A stretch of DNA of 64,000 nt from Octopus vulgaris (Eukaryota), in assembly GCA_951406725.2 (NCBI GenBank), contig OX597827.1, forward strand, positions 41,106,001-41,170,000, read 5' to 3'. Below, in pieces: positions 23,226-36,909 of the stretch (the first letter of the stretch is position 1; each line of letters starts with the position of its first letter). The position numbers were made by a program, and so were the translations under genes. The notes under the pieces are model-generated. The model was not told the DNA's origin. It made no database searches and saw only the letters and a program-made list of their open reading frames with translations.

Positions 23226-23792
23226 AGATGGGCCGCGCTCTCTCTCCCACTCATTCTTTCTTCCAGCGCATTGAGCACATAAGCGAAACACGAAGCATCA
23301 GTTACAATACCATGTTTAAAATCAGAATCGTCATCATTATTATTATTATTACTTTTAACATTAACACAAGATTACAATCCTGTAGTATGCCACACGTATG
23401 AACTTCGCTGCACCAGTGACAGAGTCACGGAGTGAAAAGGATCTTAACCTTTTCAAGGTCCTAGACCTCTAAGCGATTCTCCACTATGTCCCCCAAACCA
23501 TTTTCGCAAGACTGACAGGATTATTTTCTTTACCTAGCCCTCTAAAGCGCTAATAATTTGGATTTTCAATATGGATAACCAGAAACAAAACAGGGAGAAA
23601 AGACCCATAAAGGTTTTGTTGTGTAAAATAATAACCCTTTCTACTGGAAACACAAAGCCTTAAATTTGGGGGAAGGGATTAAGTCGATTACACTGAGCCC
23701 AGTGCGTAACTGGTACTTATTTTATAGACCCCGAAAGGGTGAAAAGCAAAGTCGACCTCGGCGTGTTAACGATTCTGCCAGCTCGCCGCCTT

Positions 23793-24093
23793 AATAATGA
23801 TGATGATGATGATGATAATGATGATGATAATGATGATGATGATGATAATGATGATGATGATGATAATGATGATGATAACGATGACGATGATAATGATGAT
23901 AACGATGACGATGATAATGATGATGATAACGATGATGATGATAACAATGATGATGATAACAATGATGATGATAACAATGATGATAATGATGATAATAATG
24001 ATGATGATAATGATGATAATAATGATGATAATAATGATGATAATGATGATAATAATGATGATAATAAGGATGATAATGATAATGATGATGATG
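23793..24093. repeat. (GAT/AAT)n trinucleotide tract
   Basis: Seen directly; source of the poly-D, poly-M and poly-H ORFs. Confidence 0.95.
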
Positions 24094-24494
24094 GATTACC
24101 ATCGAAGACGGCGTATGAGTGTTCAGTTTTTGCCGAACGACACGCACAAACGATTTGTCTATAGTGATCAAACGTACGTGCCGCACATTAAGCTCACTTC
24201 CGCCATCAAATCGAAGTTTCATGAACAGGTGTACGGTGTACAACGCGCCAGGTGTGGAAGTGATCGCAGAGCAACGTGAGATGAATAACAACTATAGGCA
24301 CAAAGCCTGAAATTTGGGGGAGGAGATTAGTCGATTACATCGACCCCCACCCAATACTCAAATGGTACTTATTTTATCGACCCCGGAAGGATGAAAGGCA
24401 AAGTGGGCCTCGGTGGATTTTGAAATCAGAACGTTGAAAACGGACAAAAGGCTTAAAATAGTAATAATCCTTTCTACTGTTGGTACAAAGCCTG

Positions 24495-24660
24495 TAAGGT
24501 CATGTGCTGTTTATCTTGATATGAGATCACCATGCCGCGCACATATGGTTGTGATGCATGTGTCTAGTGTACCCTTATCAGACGGGTAGTCATGATGGGT
24601 ATACTGGGCTTCGTATATTTTACCCCAGTGTTACTTTGATGGCATGTACTGCTCTCTCAC

Positions 24661-24707
<47 letters not shown>

Positions 24708-24708
24708 C
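24495..24708 (+). mobile_element. 5'-truncated copy of the 21268-21745 retroposon
   Basis: ggtcatgtgctgtttatcttgatatgagatcaccatg...(taa)n. Confidence 0.8.
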
Positions 24709-25511
24709 TGGAGTCCTGAGTGTCATTAGTTCCATATTCCCATGACCTGTGGTTACCCCATGGTTAAGAATACCCTGGTTAAGGTTGTTCCTTGATTTGC
24801 TAGAAATTGCAACCAAATCTCTTCGAAACCACTCTCCTGCAAACCTCCAAGACACACGCAAATAAAGAAAAGGAATGCATGCATCAGATAGTATTGTTTA
24901 GTATGTCTTTGATTTGCAGGATGATCTCTTACGGGTGAGAGGCTAGACGAGCTTAAAAGCTTCAACAATGCACCAACAACTTCACAGTCATAGAAGGATG
25001 AGATCTGGACTCACAATAGAGAGAGAGGGAGAGGGAGTGAGATGGGAGAGAGATGGAGAGAGGGAGGGAGGGAGAGAGAGAGAGAAAGAGAGTAAATTCT
25101 GCAAAACATATAATTTTGCCCTGTCCCCCATATTTTTTTCTTCAGTTATCCCACGAATATAACAATAGACATCAGCAGCTGTAGCAACAGCAGCAGCAGC
25201 AGTTGTAACCGTGATGGTGTTTTCTAAGGCACAAGGTGAAAGGGTCAACAGTATAGTCGATTGTATCGACCTCCAATACTCTAGTGGTAATTATTTTATC
25301 GATCCAGAAGAGATTATAAGCAAAGTCGAGCTATCGCTATAAACGCGATTTCTTAATTATTAGGATTAAGGTCTTCCTCTACTCTGTGGTGTGCAGCATC
25401 ACTGCTGCCGCAGCCACTGCACCATCAGCAACATCACCATCGCCATGACCTTCTGGTGCCTCATATTTGACTTGTAAAAATTAGAGTGTCGTCAATCAAA
25501 TATATCTCCAT

Positions 25512-25876
25512 AGGCGTAGGAGTGGCTGTGTGGTAAGTAGCTTGCTTATCAACCACAAGGTTCCGGGTTCAGTCTCACTGCGTGGCACCTTGGGCAAGTG
25601 TCTTCTACTATAGCCTCGGGCCGACCAAAGCCTTGTGAGTGTATTTGGTAGACGGAAACTGAAAGAAGCCCGTCGTATATATATGTATGTATGTATGTGG
25701 GTGTATATGTTTGTGTGTCTGTGTTTGTCCCCCCCCCCCAAATCACCGTAACTTAGTGGTTCGGCAAAAGAGACCGATAGAATAAGTACTAGGCTTACAA
25801 AGAATAAGTCGATTTGCTCGACTAAAGGCGGTGCTCCAGCACGACCGCAGTCAAATGACTGAAACAAGTAAAAGAG
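25512..25876 (+). mobile_element. SINE family A
   Basis: Same structure as 353-753. Confidence 0.9.
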
Positions 25877-26055
25877 TGTATGATTAGTATTTATTTTAAT
25901 TAGTCCCAGATTGATAAAGGCCAAATCATAATTCAGATAAAATTCCACCCCAGATATAACTCAAAAACTACAGGTACCTGCAATCCTGCGATTTAGCCCG
26001 AGGAGGTTTTCAAATATCATTTTCTAAGGAACAGAAAGACGACACAACCGTAGAA

Positions 26056-26857
26056 TGTTAAGAGGAAGGTTTTTATTTAGGTGTTAACATGTGTGCGTTT
26101 GTGTGTGCGACATAAGTACATATATAATAATAATAGACAGGCCGTCATGCATACATAAAGTATATGTGAGTACAAACAAGGGTGTATGCGTGTGAGATAA
26201 AATACAGAGCATAGAAAGAGTCTATAACAGGACGCTAAAAGTCCAGACACAATGAAGATGAAATACCAGTTCGTAGTAAGGTGCACAATAGTTGAAGTGC
26301 TGTAACAAGAAGTTGTGGCTACAATACAGAGCCGGTTGAAGCACGTGTCGTGTAAGCAGTTGTGGCTACTATGCAGAGCCAGTTACTTGATACAGGAAGA
26401 TCTCGCAGATTGTACTTGCTGTTAACCATGGTGAAGTAATTCACAAACTGTGGAAATAGAACCAGGGTGAATGTTGCTGTGTACGTAGAGATGTTGTTGG
26501 CGTCGTTAAGAAGACGGAGGCGATGGAGATGGAGGTCCTGAATGCTGCTGGTGTTGTCTGTCGCTGGAACTGGCTGTGTGCTCTGGGGTCAGACCTTAGA
26601 AGGTCTTGAACCAAGACGAAATACGGTTGTTGTAACTAGCCTTTTATAGGGACTAGGAGGCTCCAACGGAGATCTAGAAGACTGTGTCACGGGACCTTAT
26701 CAGAAGGCTGCGATTGGTTGGGTTGCACATTGGCGCGTAATAGAGTAAGAGACAAATTGCGCCAATACCAACCAGTCATAGTAGTGGACACAATAGGGTC
26801 CAAACGGCCGAAGGCTAGCTGTTATCTGCTACATCCGTATTTATGTTATATATTACA
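26056..26857 (-). mobile_element. Probable solo LTR (802 bp)
   Basis: Minus strand TGTAAT...TTAACA termini; CCAAT boxes (about 26713 and 26729), then CTATAAAAG (26641-26649), then AATAAA near the far end; no clean TSD. Confidence 0.6.
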
Positions 26858-28371
26858 GAGAGAGAGAGAGAGGGAGAGAGAGAGAGTTTCATTAAGCGTC
26901 CGCTACAAACGAAATGCCGCTAAGCATTTTTCCCGGCGTGCTAACGATTCTACCTGCTTGCTGCCTTCAGGCTCTTAAATATTGGTTTCACATTTTAGTA
27001 CAAGGCCCGCAATTTCGGGGGTGGGGGCGGTAAGCCGGTTACATCGACCCCCAGTACTCAACTGGTACTTCTTTTATTGACTCCGAAAGGACGAACGACT
27101 AAATCTATCTCGGCGGAATTTGAGCGCAGAACGTAACGACGAACGAAATGAAGCTAAACATTTTGTCCAGCTTGCTAAAAGATCCTGCTCGCTCGCCGCC
27201 TTCAGGTTCATAAATATTAAAATCAATGAATGTTAGATTGCAATTCTATTTGCTTTGGTAGGTGTCGTTCAAACCTGTCTAACGCAAACCACTGGCAACG
27301 GATTGCCTTCTCCTCTAACTGCAACAAGAAACGATAACAACAATTGCTTTTTTTTTTATTTGCCACAAGGGCGACAAAAGAGGGGATATTTCAAGGACAA
27401 ATTTTAAAAAAAACGTTGAGGTTTGCGAAGAACTGGGTATGAAGAAAGAAGTATGAGAAAGCATTATCATAAAAGATTTCTGATAAAAGCATGCAATGCT
27501 TAAAATGTCTGTTGATTTATTTTGTCAAGCCTTGAGGGATAAAAGGCAAAGACGACCTTGAACGCGTAACTTAATACTGGGAGGTATTTTGTTTGATTAA
27601 TGATTAACGATGTCTTTTTATGACTAAACACATATATTGTATGTTTCCAAGGAAAACTGGAAGTGAGATATTCGTACCTTTCCCAAAGACACTAAAAATG
27701 AAATGACTTCACAAGGGAATTGAAATAATTTTTAGATGACAAGAAACCCTTCCCACCACCAACAATATTTTCGCCGAACAATGCGTACGCGTTTGTGTAG
27801 GGGCATTTTATGAAGTTGCTCGAGAGTTTCTGAAAATAGCAGTCAAGAACCACATCAGAGCGGATCCAACTGTCTTAAATGATACATTTGATAATATTAT
27901 AGCCTCTGGTCATTGTTGGAACGATTTTGACCAGAGATCTGCTCGATCAGAGCTGACTCGGAGCCAAACAACAACTATAATTTAGTATACAGGCTGATGA
28001 CCAGCTTGCACACGACAAGAACAATTTTACATTCCGTGAACACACACACACACACACACAAACATACGCACACACACACGACGGTGTTTCAAATAATTGA
28101 CAGCAAGCAATGGCGTGCGTGCAACTAACTACAATACTGGGCTGAAGTTAGCTGAGAAACTAAGAAATTACTCTGACTAATCTATTGATTTCAAGTCACT
28201 GTACTGCTGCAATGTCTATAATGCCAATTGCGAATTGGTACAAGTGGTCCTGGCATACATTATACACTTTTATAAAGACATTGACTGATTACCTAGGGCT
28301 ACAGACGTAGAAGAGTTTTCTCAAAATAGTAATACTTAATGTCTCATAAAACGGTTGCAACATCGTATTAT

Positions 28372-28736
28372 TCTTTTACTTGTTTCAGTCATTTGACTGT
28401 GACCATGCTGGAGCACCGCTTCTAGTCGAGCAAATCGACACCAGGACTTTTTTTTTTGTAAGCCTAGTACTTATTCTATCGGTCACTTTTGCCGAACCGC
28501 TAAGTTACGGGACGTAAACACCTGCATCGGCTGTTAAGCGATGTTGGGGGATAATCTCACACACACACTCACATATATAAATATATATATATATACGGCG
28601 GGCTATTTTCAGTTTCCGTCTACCAAATCCACTCACAAGGCTTTGGTCGGCCCGAGGCTATAGTAGAAGACACTTGTCCAAGGTGTCACGCAGTGGGACT
28701 GAACCCTAAACTTGCCACACAGCCACTCCTGCGCCT
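28372..28736 (-). mobile_element. SINE family A
   Basis: Reverse complement of family A; an older diverged copy follows at about 28775-29105. Confidence 0.88.
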
Positions 28737-29180
28737 CCACACAGTCACTCATTTATTTGTTTTTTATTTTTTCAATCTTTACTGGTTTTAATCATTGGAT
28801 AGCAGCCACGCTGGGGTGACACCTTGAATGAAGGGTTTTAGTCAGACAAATCGAGCCCAGTACTTATTTTCTTCAAGCCTGGTACTTAATCTATTAGTTT
28901 CTTTGGCCGAACCATTAAGTTAAGAGGACGTAAACAAATCAACACCGGTTGTCAAGCGGTGGAGAACAGATACAAACGCACACATACATACATACGATGG
29001 GATTCTTCCAGTTTCCGTCGATCAAATCCACTCACAATGCTTTTCTTGGCCCGCAATAAAATTGAACCCGAAATCATGTGGTTGAGAACCAAACTTCTAA
29101 TCACATATCTATACCAGCGCAAAGTATTCATTTATCTTTAATACGTACTTTGGGGGTCAATACATAGTGTAGGAGATCCG

Positions 29181-29264
29181 GGCGGAGGTAAAGAATACGC
29201 ACACCATCCGTTTTTGGCGTAACCCTAACCTAAACACTAGGTGTGCGTATTCTTTACATTCGCC
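29181..29264. mobile_element. Small hairpin MITE, copy 1
   Basis: GGCGGAGGTAAAGAATACGCACACC...GGTGTGCGTATTCTTTACATTCGCC; 8-bp TSD GAGATCCG/GAGATACG. Confidence 0.85.
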
Positions 29265-29676
29265 GAGATACGTAAGTGTTTCGTTTTATTGTTAAGGGTT
29301 GTATATTGGCTCGTTGTTTATCATGGTTCTTTATTATAGTCTCCAGTAGGTTTTTATTGTTAGATAACACTTTCTTACATATGCTATCGAACGAAGTGTC
29401 TTTCATCTTTTCTGTAGGGATTGCTACAATAACTTTCATCATTCATGAATCGATAAAAATGAAACATCAGTCAAGTACTGAGGTAGGTTTAACACTTTCA
29501 TAGTGCTTCATAAATGAGCATAGGGTTATGTATAATACGAAAAACTCGCGATAATTACGTACAGCTACAATTTTGTGACTCCGCGTTTATATTCCTTGAA
29601 ATTTTGCAAAGCTTTTTCATCTATTCGGAGATCGAAAAATAAGCACCAGTGATCCGTGGGTTGATTTATTTGGCTA

Positions 29677-30055
29677 CTAGCAGTATCGCCCGGCGTTGCT
29701 CGGGTTTGTAAGGGAAATAACTATAAAGCATTTTTAGAGAGTTATAGCCAAAAAAATGGAAAAAAAAATGATGGTAAATTTTTTTTTTAGTTAAAAAGGT
29801 CGAGTCGCGTCCCCTAGACAGTCTGTGGTTTGTGTTTCTGATTCTCGACTCCATGTCGAATTTATCGATTTTTTTCAGAACTGGGGGAACTTTTCAAAAT
29901 TTTCGCTGCGTTAGTTTTGAATTATGACATTGGGCTATGTGTGTGTCAAGTTTCATCAGAATCGGTTGAAAGCCGTGGTCAGGGTGAGGGTACAACCTGA
30001 CAGACACACAGAAACACACACAGACAAACTGCCGTTTATATATAGAGAGAAGAGA
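29677..30055 (-). mobile_element. Non-autonomous Helitron, copy 2
   Basis: Very similar to 11654-12037; hairpin cccgagcaacgccggg before CTAG|T. Confidence 0.85.
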
Positions 30056-30469
30056 TACAGTCTTTACTCACAAATTGCACAACGGTTAGAACAGAAATAA
30101 TTACTAATTTTTTTTTTGCTTAGAAGAATGGGAAAGTCGTTCATATCGACTCTAGAACTTTACTGGTACTTACTTATGTTACAGGCCCTGAAAGGTTGAA
30201 ACGCAAAGTTGACCTCGGCGAAAGAGACGGGAGAAAGGTTGCTAAGTGTTCGGCGCAGCAACGATTCTTGATCTTTTATTGCCCACTAGGGGCCAATATA
30301 GAAGGGACAACACAATTTGATTTTGGGGTCAGATACAAACAAATGGTAAAATACATTAAGGTGATATTAAAAATTCAATACAAAATATAAATACGAATGA
30401 TAAACACAACAAAAAACAAAACAGATGGAGTGATGGTTAACCTCCTGACCCCACGATCCCTAATCCACC

Positions 30470-31670
30470 ACTGATATCGGGTAAATCGATTATATCGATC
30501 TCAGTATTTGACGGGTGCTTTATTTTTACCGACTCCGAAAGGATAAAAGGGTAAGTTGAGCACAGCACGACTCAGCGGCATTAATAATCATCTCGAGATA
30601 TTCAATCCGACTGTGCCAAGATTCTGTTAGACTATTGCGCTTAAAAAAATAATTGTTTCTAGTTTAGGTACAGGAACATCAGTTTTTAAGAGGAGGGTGT
30701 TAATAAATTTTATCGATCTTAGTTCTGGTATTTTATTTAACTGACTTCAGAACGATGAAAGATAAAGTTATCCTCGGGAGGATTTGAACTCATCATGAAA
30801 GCTGAAACATATACCGCTTTAACGATTTTGCCGACCCTCCGCCTTAAAAAAAAAAATTATTATTTTGAATTTTGTTACGTGGCCGGCAGTTTTAGTGGGA
30901 AGCGGGGAGTCAGTTACATTGACCCGAGTACTCAACTGGTATCTAGTTTATGGACGGTAAAAATTTACCTAAAAGATGAAAGGTAAAGTCAACCACGACA
31001 GAATTTGAAACCAGAACGTAAGAGCCTGAAGAAATACCGCTGTTTTGTTCGATGTGCACACCACCTTTATTCCCCACACCAAATAATTCTTTCCACTATA
31101 TGCACAAGCCAAGAAATTTTATGGGGTATGGCCAGTCGATAACGTCGACCCAGTGCTTAAACTGGTATTTATTTTATCACTCCTAAAAAGATGAAAAACT
31201 ATGTCGATCTCGGCAGCAGAATTCGAACTCAGAACGTAAAGAGCTGAAGAAATACCACTAAGCATTTTATCGACAGAGGTAAAGAATTCGCACACCACCC
31301 GTTTTCAATGTAAACCTTAACCACCAAAAACGGGTGGTGTGCGTATTCTTTACCTTCGCCCATTCTGTCATACGTGTTCGCCCCCCCCCCCCATTTAAAG
31401 ATTCTAATTTTGGGCACAAGGCCAGCAAAGTCTTTGATGAGAGAGGAGGTCATTCACATAGACCCAATACTTGACTGGTAGTTGTTTTATCGAATTCGAA
31501 AGGATGAAAGGCAAAGTCGACCTCAGCGACATTTGAATTCTGAACTCCCAAGAAATAGAAAAAAAAATCGAAAGACAATGATAATGGTTTTTTAGTATAT
31601 GCACAAGAGCACATACGAGAAGAGGTGGGTAAATCGATCCCAGAATTTCACTGGAACTAATCAAAAAGAA
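30470..31670 (-). mobile_element. Run of old, diverged SINE family B copies
   Basis: Repeated degenerate ctggtact...gaaaggatgaaaggcaaagtcgacctc...tttgaactc. Confidence 0.7.
31272..31360. mobile_element. Small hairpin MITE, copy 2, nested in SINE remnants
   Basis: gaggtaaagaattcgcacaccacccgtttt...aaaacgggtggtgtgcgtattctttacctt; 9-bp flanks CATTTTATC/CATTCTGTC. Confidence 0.85.
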
Positions 31671-32770
31671 AAAAAATCCACTTCATTGGATGGCAGAAAC
31701 AATAAAACGCCATAAATAAATAAATAAATAAATAAAAGCAATGTGATAGATACAAACCTTCTGAGTTCAAATCCTTTCAAGATCAACTATATCCAACACC
31801 CGTCCGAGTTTTCGTTCTTGTGCCAATGTTCAAATCCATTGTATTAGTCTTCTTTCTTTTTTTTTCCCCAATATGTTTTCATTAATAATTGTGGATCGAT
31901 ATATTGGTGTATACCCAAGCTTTTGGTGCAATGCTTTTTCCATAGATTGGAATTTTATGTACAGCAGATCATTTAAAGCTGGTTTTAGTGTTTATTCATA
32001 GACACCAAGGATATACGAATTAGACGCAACAGGAATTATAAGTAGTGTTGTTGAGGTGGGTTAAAATTTTGATTTTTTATTTCAGAGGGACGCGATAAAT
32101 GAAGATACGTTTTGTGAAGTATGAAATCAGACGCTTCTCTTTGTAACTCATCTTTTTTTTTTTGGTAATACAATCTAATATTCTTCTCTTCCGCTTTTAA
32201 CGTTTTATATTTAACTGAAATAAATAAAAAAATTCTAATTTAAATCAAAATGTAATATTAAAAAAAAAAGTTTAATAATTCCAATATTCTTGTTATATTT
32301 TTCCTGCGTTTCGGCATTACGATCCGAGTTCAAATTCCGCCGAGGTCGACTTTGTATTTCATCCTTTCGAGGTCGATGAAATAATACTCGTTGAGCATTA
32401 TAGACAATATAATCGACTTATCACTCTACCCAACCCACAAAAATATTCTGGCCTTGTGCCTAAATTAGAAAGGGTTGTTTTCTTGCGTTTTTCTTTATTT
32501 TATATTATTTGAAACTTTCATACTAGAAAAGTTTAAAATGGAAAATAAAAATAATTCTAATATTCTTCGATTATTTTTCATTCTAGTTTATATTTCACGT
32601 TTAATTCAAATAACTAAATATGATTAAACAAAAAGAAAAAACGAATATTTACAAAAAAGAACTCAAATAGTTTCGTTTCGTTTCAATTTCTGTGTTTCTA
32701 TTCGTTTTATATCCACTTATTCCCCTTTTGTTTCGTTTGCGCCAAGCTGATATTTCGAAGCAAGCGCCAG

Positions 32771-32923
32771 TCAGTGTAATGTGGGTCAGAGCATTCCGTC
32801 TGTGGGAAGCTATGTCGTCGTCTCTTTAATGAACATTGACGATAATTAAAGGATTTTTCTCTTAAAAAGCATTGCTAGACGAAAAAAATTTTCATTGGGA
32901 AATATTTACAAATGGTAGCTAAA
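32771..32923 (+). other. Candidate first exon ending ATG GTA GCT AAA | GTAAGT (MVAK)
   Basis: Inr-like TCAGT at 32771; non-repetitive island; ATG at 32912 with A at -3; consensus intronic donor GTAAGT at 32924. No homology support. Confidence 0.35.
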
Positions 32924-33182
32924 GTAAGTATGCTATTTTTTCTCGCACAGCTTTCTTTGGTTTCTCTTGCCTTTTCTTTATTATTCTGATGAGATGATTT
33001 AAGTAGCGGGTGGTGGCAAAGAGGAGAGAGAGAGAGAGAAAGAAGTCTTGTTTTGTTTATTAAACGATACACGATGTACAATAAATATGGGTTGTTGACC
33101 AACTTTACATACTTCGTCTTTCTTTGTACATATACCTACTTCTCGTATTAATTTCACACTCTCTCAAACCCATGTGTGTGTG

Positions 33183-33215
<33 letters not shown>

Positions 33216-33564
33216 GTATGTATATATATATATATATATATATAATAATATATATACAATAATTTCATTATCTTATTATATATATACAATATTATTGAGG
33301 GCTGGAACATGAGTTATGTAAAAGATGCATGTGCTTTATATATAGTTTTTAGATTCAGTATACGTTGTTTATATATATATATAATTTATATATATATATG
33401 TATATATATGTATGTATGTATGCTATATGTGTGCATATAGTTATGATATATACATAGTTGTGTGTGACCCTTTCCTGTAAATTTTTACTATAGCACTCAT
33501 GAGATTGAGACGGGTGTAATAGTGAAAAAAAAATACCGTTGTGTGATACGCACACGCACACGAT

Positions 33565-33957
33565 CTATTCATCTATCTATCTATATATATCTCTCTGTAT
33601 ATATCCCCACATATCTATCTATCTGTCTCTCTCTCTTTATCTATCTATAGTTATCCCCACATATCTATCTCTACCCATCTTTATCCCCACATATCTATCT
33701 ATCTATTCCCACATATCTATACGCATCTATCTATATATATCCTATCTATCGATCTATCACCACATATCTGTCTATCTATAGGTCTATCCCCACATATCTA
33801 TCTATCTATCTATCTATCCCCACTTATCTATACGCATCTATCTATATATCTCTATCTATCTATCTATATATCTCTATCTACCTCTCTATCTATCCCCACA
33901 TATTTATACGCATCTATCTATATATCTCTACCTATCTATCTATATATCTCTATCTAC

Positions 33958-34002
<45 letters not shown>

Positions 34003-34105
34003 CCCACATATCTGTCTATCTATAGGTCTATCTATCCCCACATATCTATATCTATCTATCTATCTATCTACCCATCTCTCTCTCTCTCTACATATCTACC
34101 CCTCT
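33565..34105. repeat. Compound (TCTA)n / atccccacat minisatellite
   Basis: Seen directly. Confidence 0.9.
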
Positions 34106-34324
34106 CTAACTATGCATATATATATGTATTGTGATGCATGTGGTATGTGAAGCATATATTTGTGTTTAACTTGTGATTCATGCATGTGTATGTTATTTGT
34201 ATGATGCATACATATATGCAGCGTTGTGTAATGCAAACATATGTGCATATGTTTGTGTGGTGCATATGTTTATGAGTTATTTGTGTATTTATAATATCCA
34301 TAGATCTTCGAGTTATCTCTAGAT

Positions 34325-34557
34325 GCGTGTGTATATATGTCTGTATATAAATATGTGTATATGTGTATGTGTGTATATATATGAGTGTATGTGTGTATAT
34401 ATGAGTGTATGTGTGTATATATGAGTGTGTGTGTGTATATATATATGTGTGTGTATATATATATATGAGTGTATATGTATATATATGAGTGTATATGTGT
34501 GTGTATATATATATGAGTATGTGTGTGTATATATATGAGCGTATGTGTGTATATATA

Positions 34558-34588
<31 letters not shown>

Positions 34589-34813
34589 GAGTGTATGTGT
34601 GTGTATATATATGTATATATATGAGTATGTGTATATATATATATATATATATATGAGTATGAGTATGTGTATATATATATATGTATGTGTATATATATAT
34701 GTATGTGTATATATATATGTATGTGTATATATATATGTATGTGTATATATATATATGTGTGTGTATATATATATATGTGTGTGTATATATATATGTGTGT
34801 GTATATATATAGA

Positions 34814-34846
<33 letters not shown>

Positions 34847-34965
34847 TTGTATATATGAGTATATATATATATATGAGTAAATATGTGTGTATATATATAT
34901 ATTTGTATATATGAGTATATATATATATGAGTAAATATGTGTGTGCATATGTGTGTATATATAAT
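34325..34965. repeat. Compound (TA)n/(TG)n tract with recurrent atgagt
   Basis: Seen directly; similar tracts at 35605-35795 and 46265-46690. Confidence 0.92.
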
Positions 34966-35070
34966 ATAGACGTATTGCACATGAAGATATGCGTGTGATG
35001 CAATGCTTATATGTTGGTGTATGCACGTTTGTGTGTGTACATATATACATGTGATGAAATAACGTGTATG

Positions 35071-35104
<34 letters not shown>

Positions 35105-36871
35105 AGCTATGTGAAACGATGCATATATTTTTGTGGTATATGTATGAGTTATGAATGTGATAAACAGTTATGTCTATTATATATAAGTTATGTTGGATAT
35201 CAGACAACTCTCCCATTCTCTCTCCTCCTATACGTATATATATATTTATCTACCTATCTTTATATATTCAACTTCATGTATAATAATTATCTCTTGATAT
35301 ATAGCACTATTCTTTCACATATCTCTATCTCTCTTGTTTTTCTCCCCCATCTAAAAACATACTCTCTTTATATATAGATCTCCCTCTTTGCCATTTCTCT
35401 TTTCCTCTGAAACATTCACGCATACACACACACACTCTCTCTCTCTCTCTTTTTTTAATCGCCTTGTTTCTCTTTGCTCTTTCTCTCTGACATATCTCTT
35501 CTTCAATTTCTACTTAAATGCTTTCTCTTAGCATAGCATATCTTTCTCGATGTTTCTTCACTTTTCTCTCAAACAAATTCTGTCTTTCTTTCCTCTCCCT
35601 ACCCTTATGTATGTGTATATATATGAGTATGTGTTTGCATATATATATGTGTGTGTATATATATATATATATGAGTGTGTGTGCGCATATGAGTGTATGT
35701 GTGTATATATATATATATGAGTGTATGTGTGTGTGTATATATATATGAGTATGTGTGTATATATATATGTGTGTGTGTGTGTGTATATATATATCACACA
35801 AACATTTATATTCAACTTATACACTTTCTATTTGCTCAATATAATCTTTCTCATCCTCATTTATTATAATAAAAAAATAAAAAAACGCAGTTTTTATTTT
35901 ATTTTTCCATCCTCTTTCCCTTTGACTCTTTATAGTTCGTTCAGTTCTCACCACACCATCTCTCTCTCTCTCTTTCAATGCTCATTCTCCTTACTTCTCC
36001 CTCTCGTTCACCCTCTCTTAATGCCCATCCTAATCAGTCTGATCCTGTTTTGCTTCTCTGTGTCTCTTTCAATGACCTTCCTTATTACTTGTTTCTTTTT
36101 ATTGATCCTTCTCTCTCTCTCTCTTTCTGTTCTTACTCTTTCATTTTCTCTCTCTCTCTCTCACTTGCTATATATATATGTATATATCCTCTCTTTCTCC
36201 TGCTGCATTGCTTTTCCCTCTCTCTTCTGATATTCGCTGCACCACATTTTCTCTCTCTTTGTCTCTTACTCTGTCATTATTTTTGCTCTGCTCTGTCATT
36301 CTCTCTCTCTCTCTCTATACATATATATATATACACACACACACATATATATATATATATACATACATTTATACACACACATGCACATATATCCTTTCTT
36401 TTTATCCTCTTTTACTCTTTCATCTTTGTTGCCGCATTTTTTCCTTCTCTCTCTCTTTCATTCCTCCTCTTTCTAATCATCTTTTTTTTAAGCTCAACTC
36501 TGACTCAACACTCAGTTGTGTGTTCTTTGAAACATTTCTCTCGTCTCATTCGCCCCCTGACCTTCTTTCTATTCCTTCTCCGTCTTTGTCCTTCCTCCCA
36601 CCCTCTCCCTACTTTTCCTCATTCTGTGTCTGTCTGTCTGTTTCTTTCTTTCTCTCTTTCTCTCTCTCTCTGCTTCCTCCCTCCCCTTTCTTCCTGCTTA
36701 ATGTTACAGCAACTGAACTGTTGTTGGTCGAGGGAAGTAATGGAGGTGATGGTGGCATGGCGTTTTCGCTTTTGTCCTTCGTGGTTTCGCTTCTCAGCCT
36801 GAAGAGAAAAATCCAATTTTTCACCGCAAGCGCGTGTATGCACGCTCGCGCATTGCGCGCACGCGCACACA

Positions 36872-36909
<38 letters not shown>

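Noticed and set aside
23717-24291. Asp-rich biomineralisation-like, poly-His or poly-Met ORFs
   Set aside because: (GAT/AAT)n tract attached to a SINE; no signal peptide or splice support.
32744-32754. miR-283-like sequence on the minus strand (AAATATCAGCT)
   Set aside because: Only the first 11 nt match; the remainder differs and no precursor hairpin is evident.
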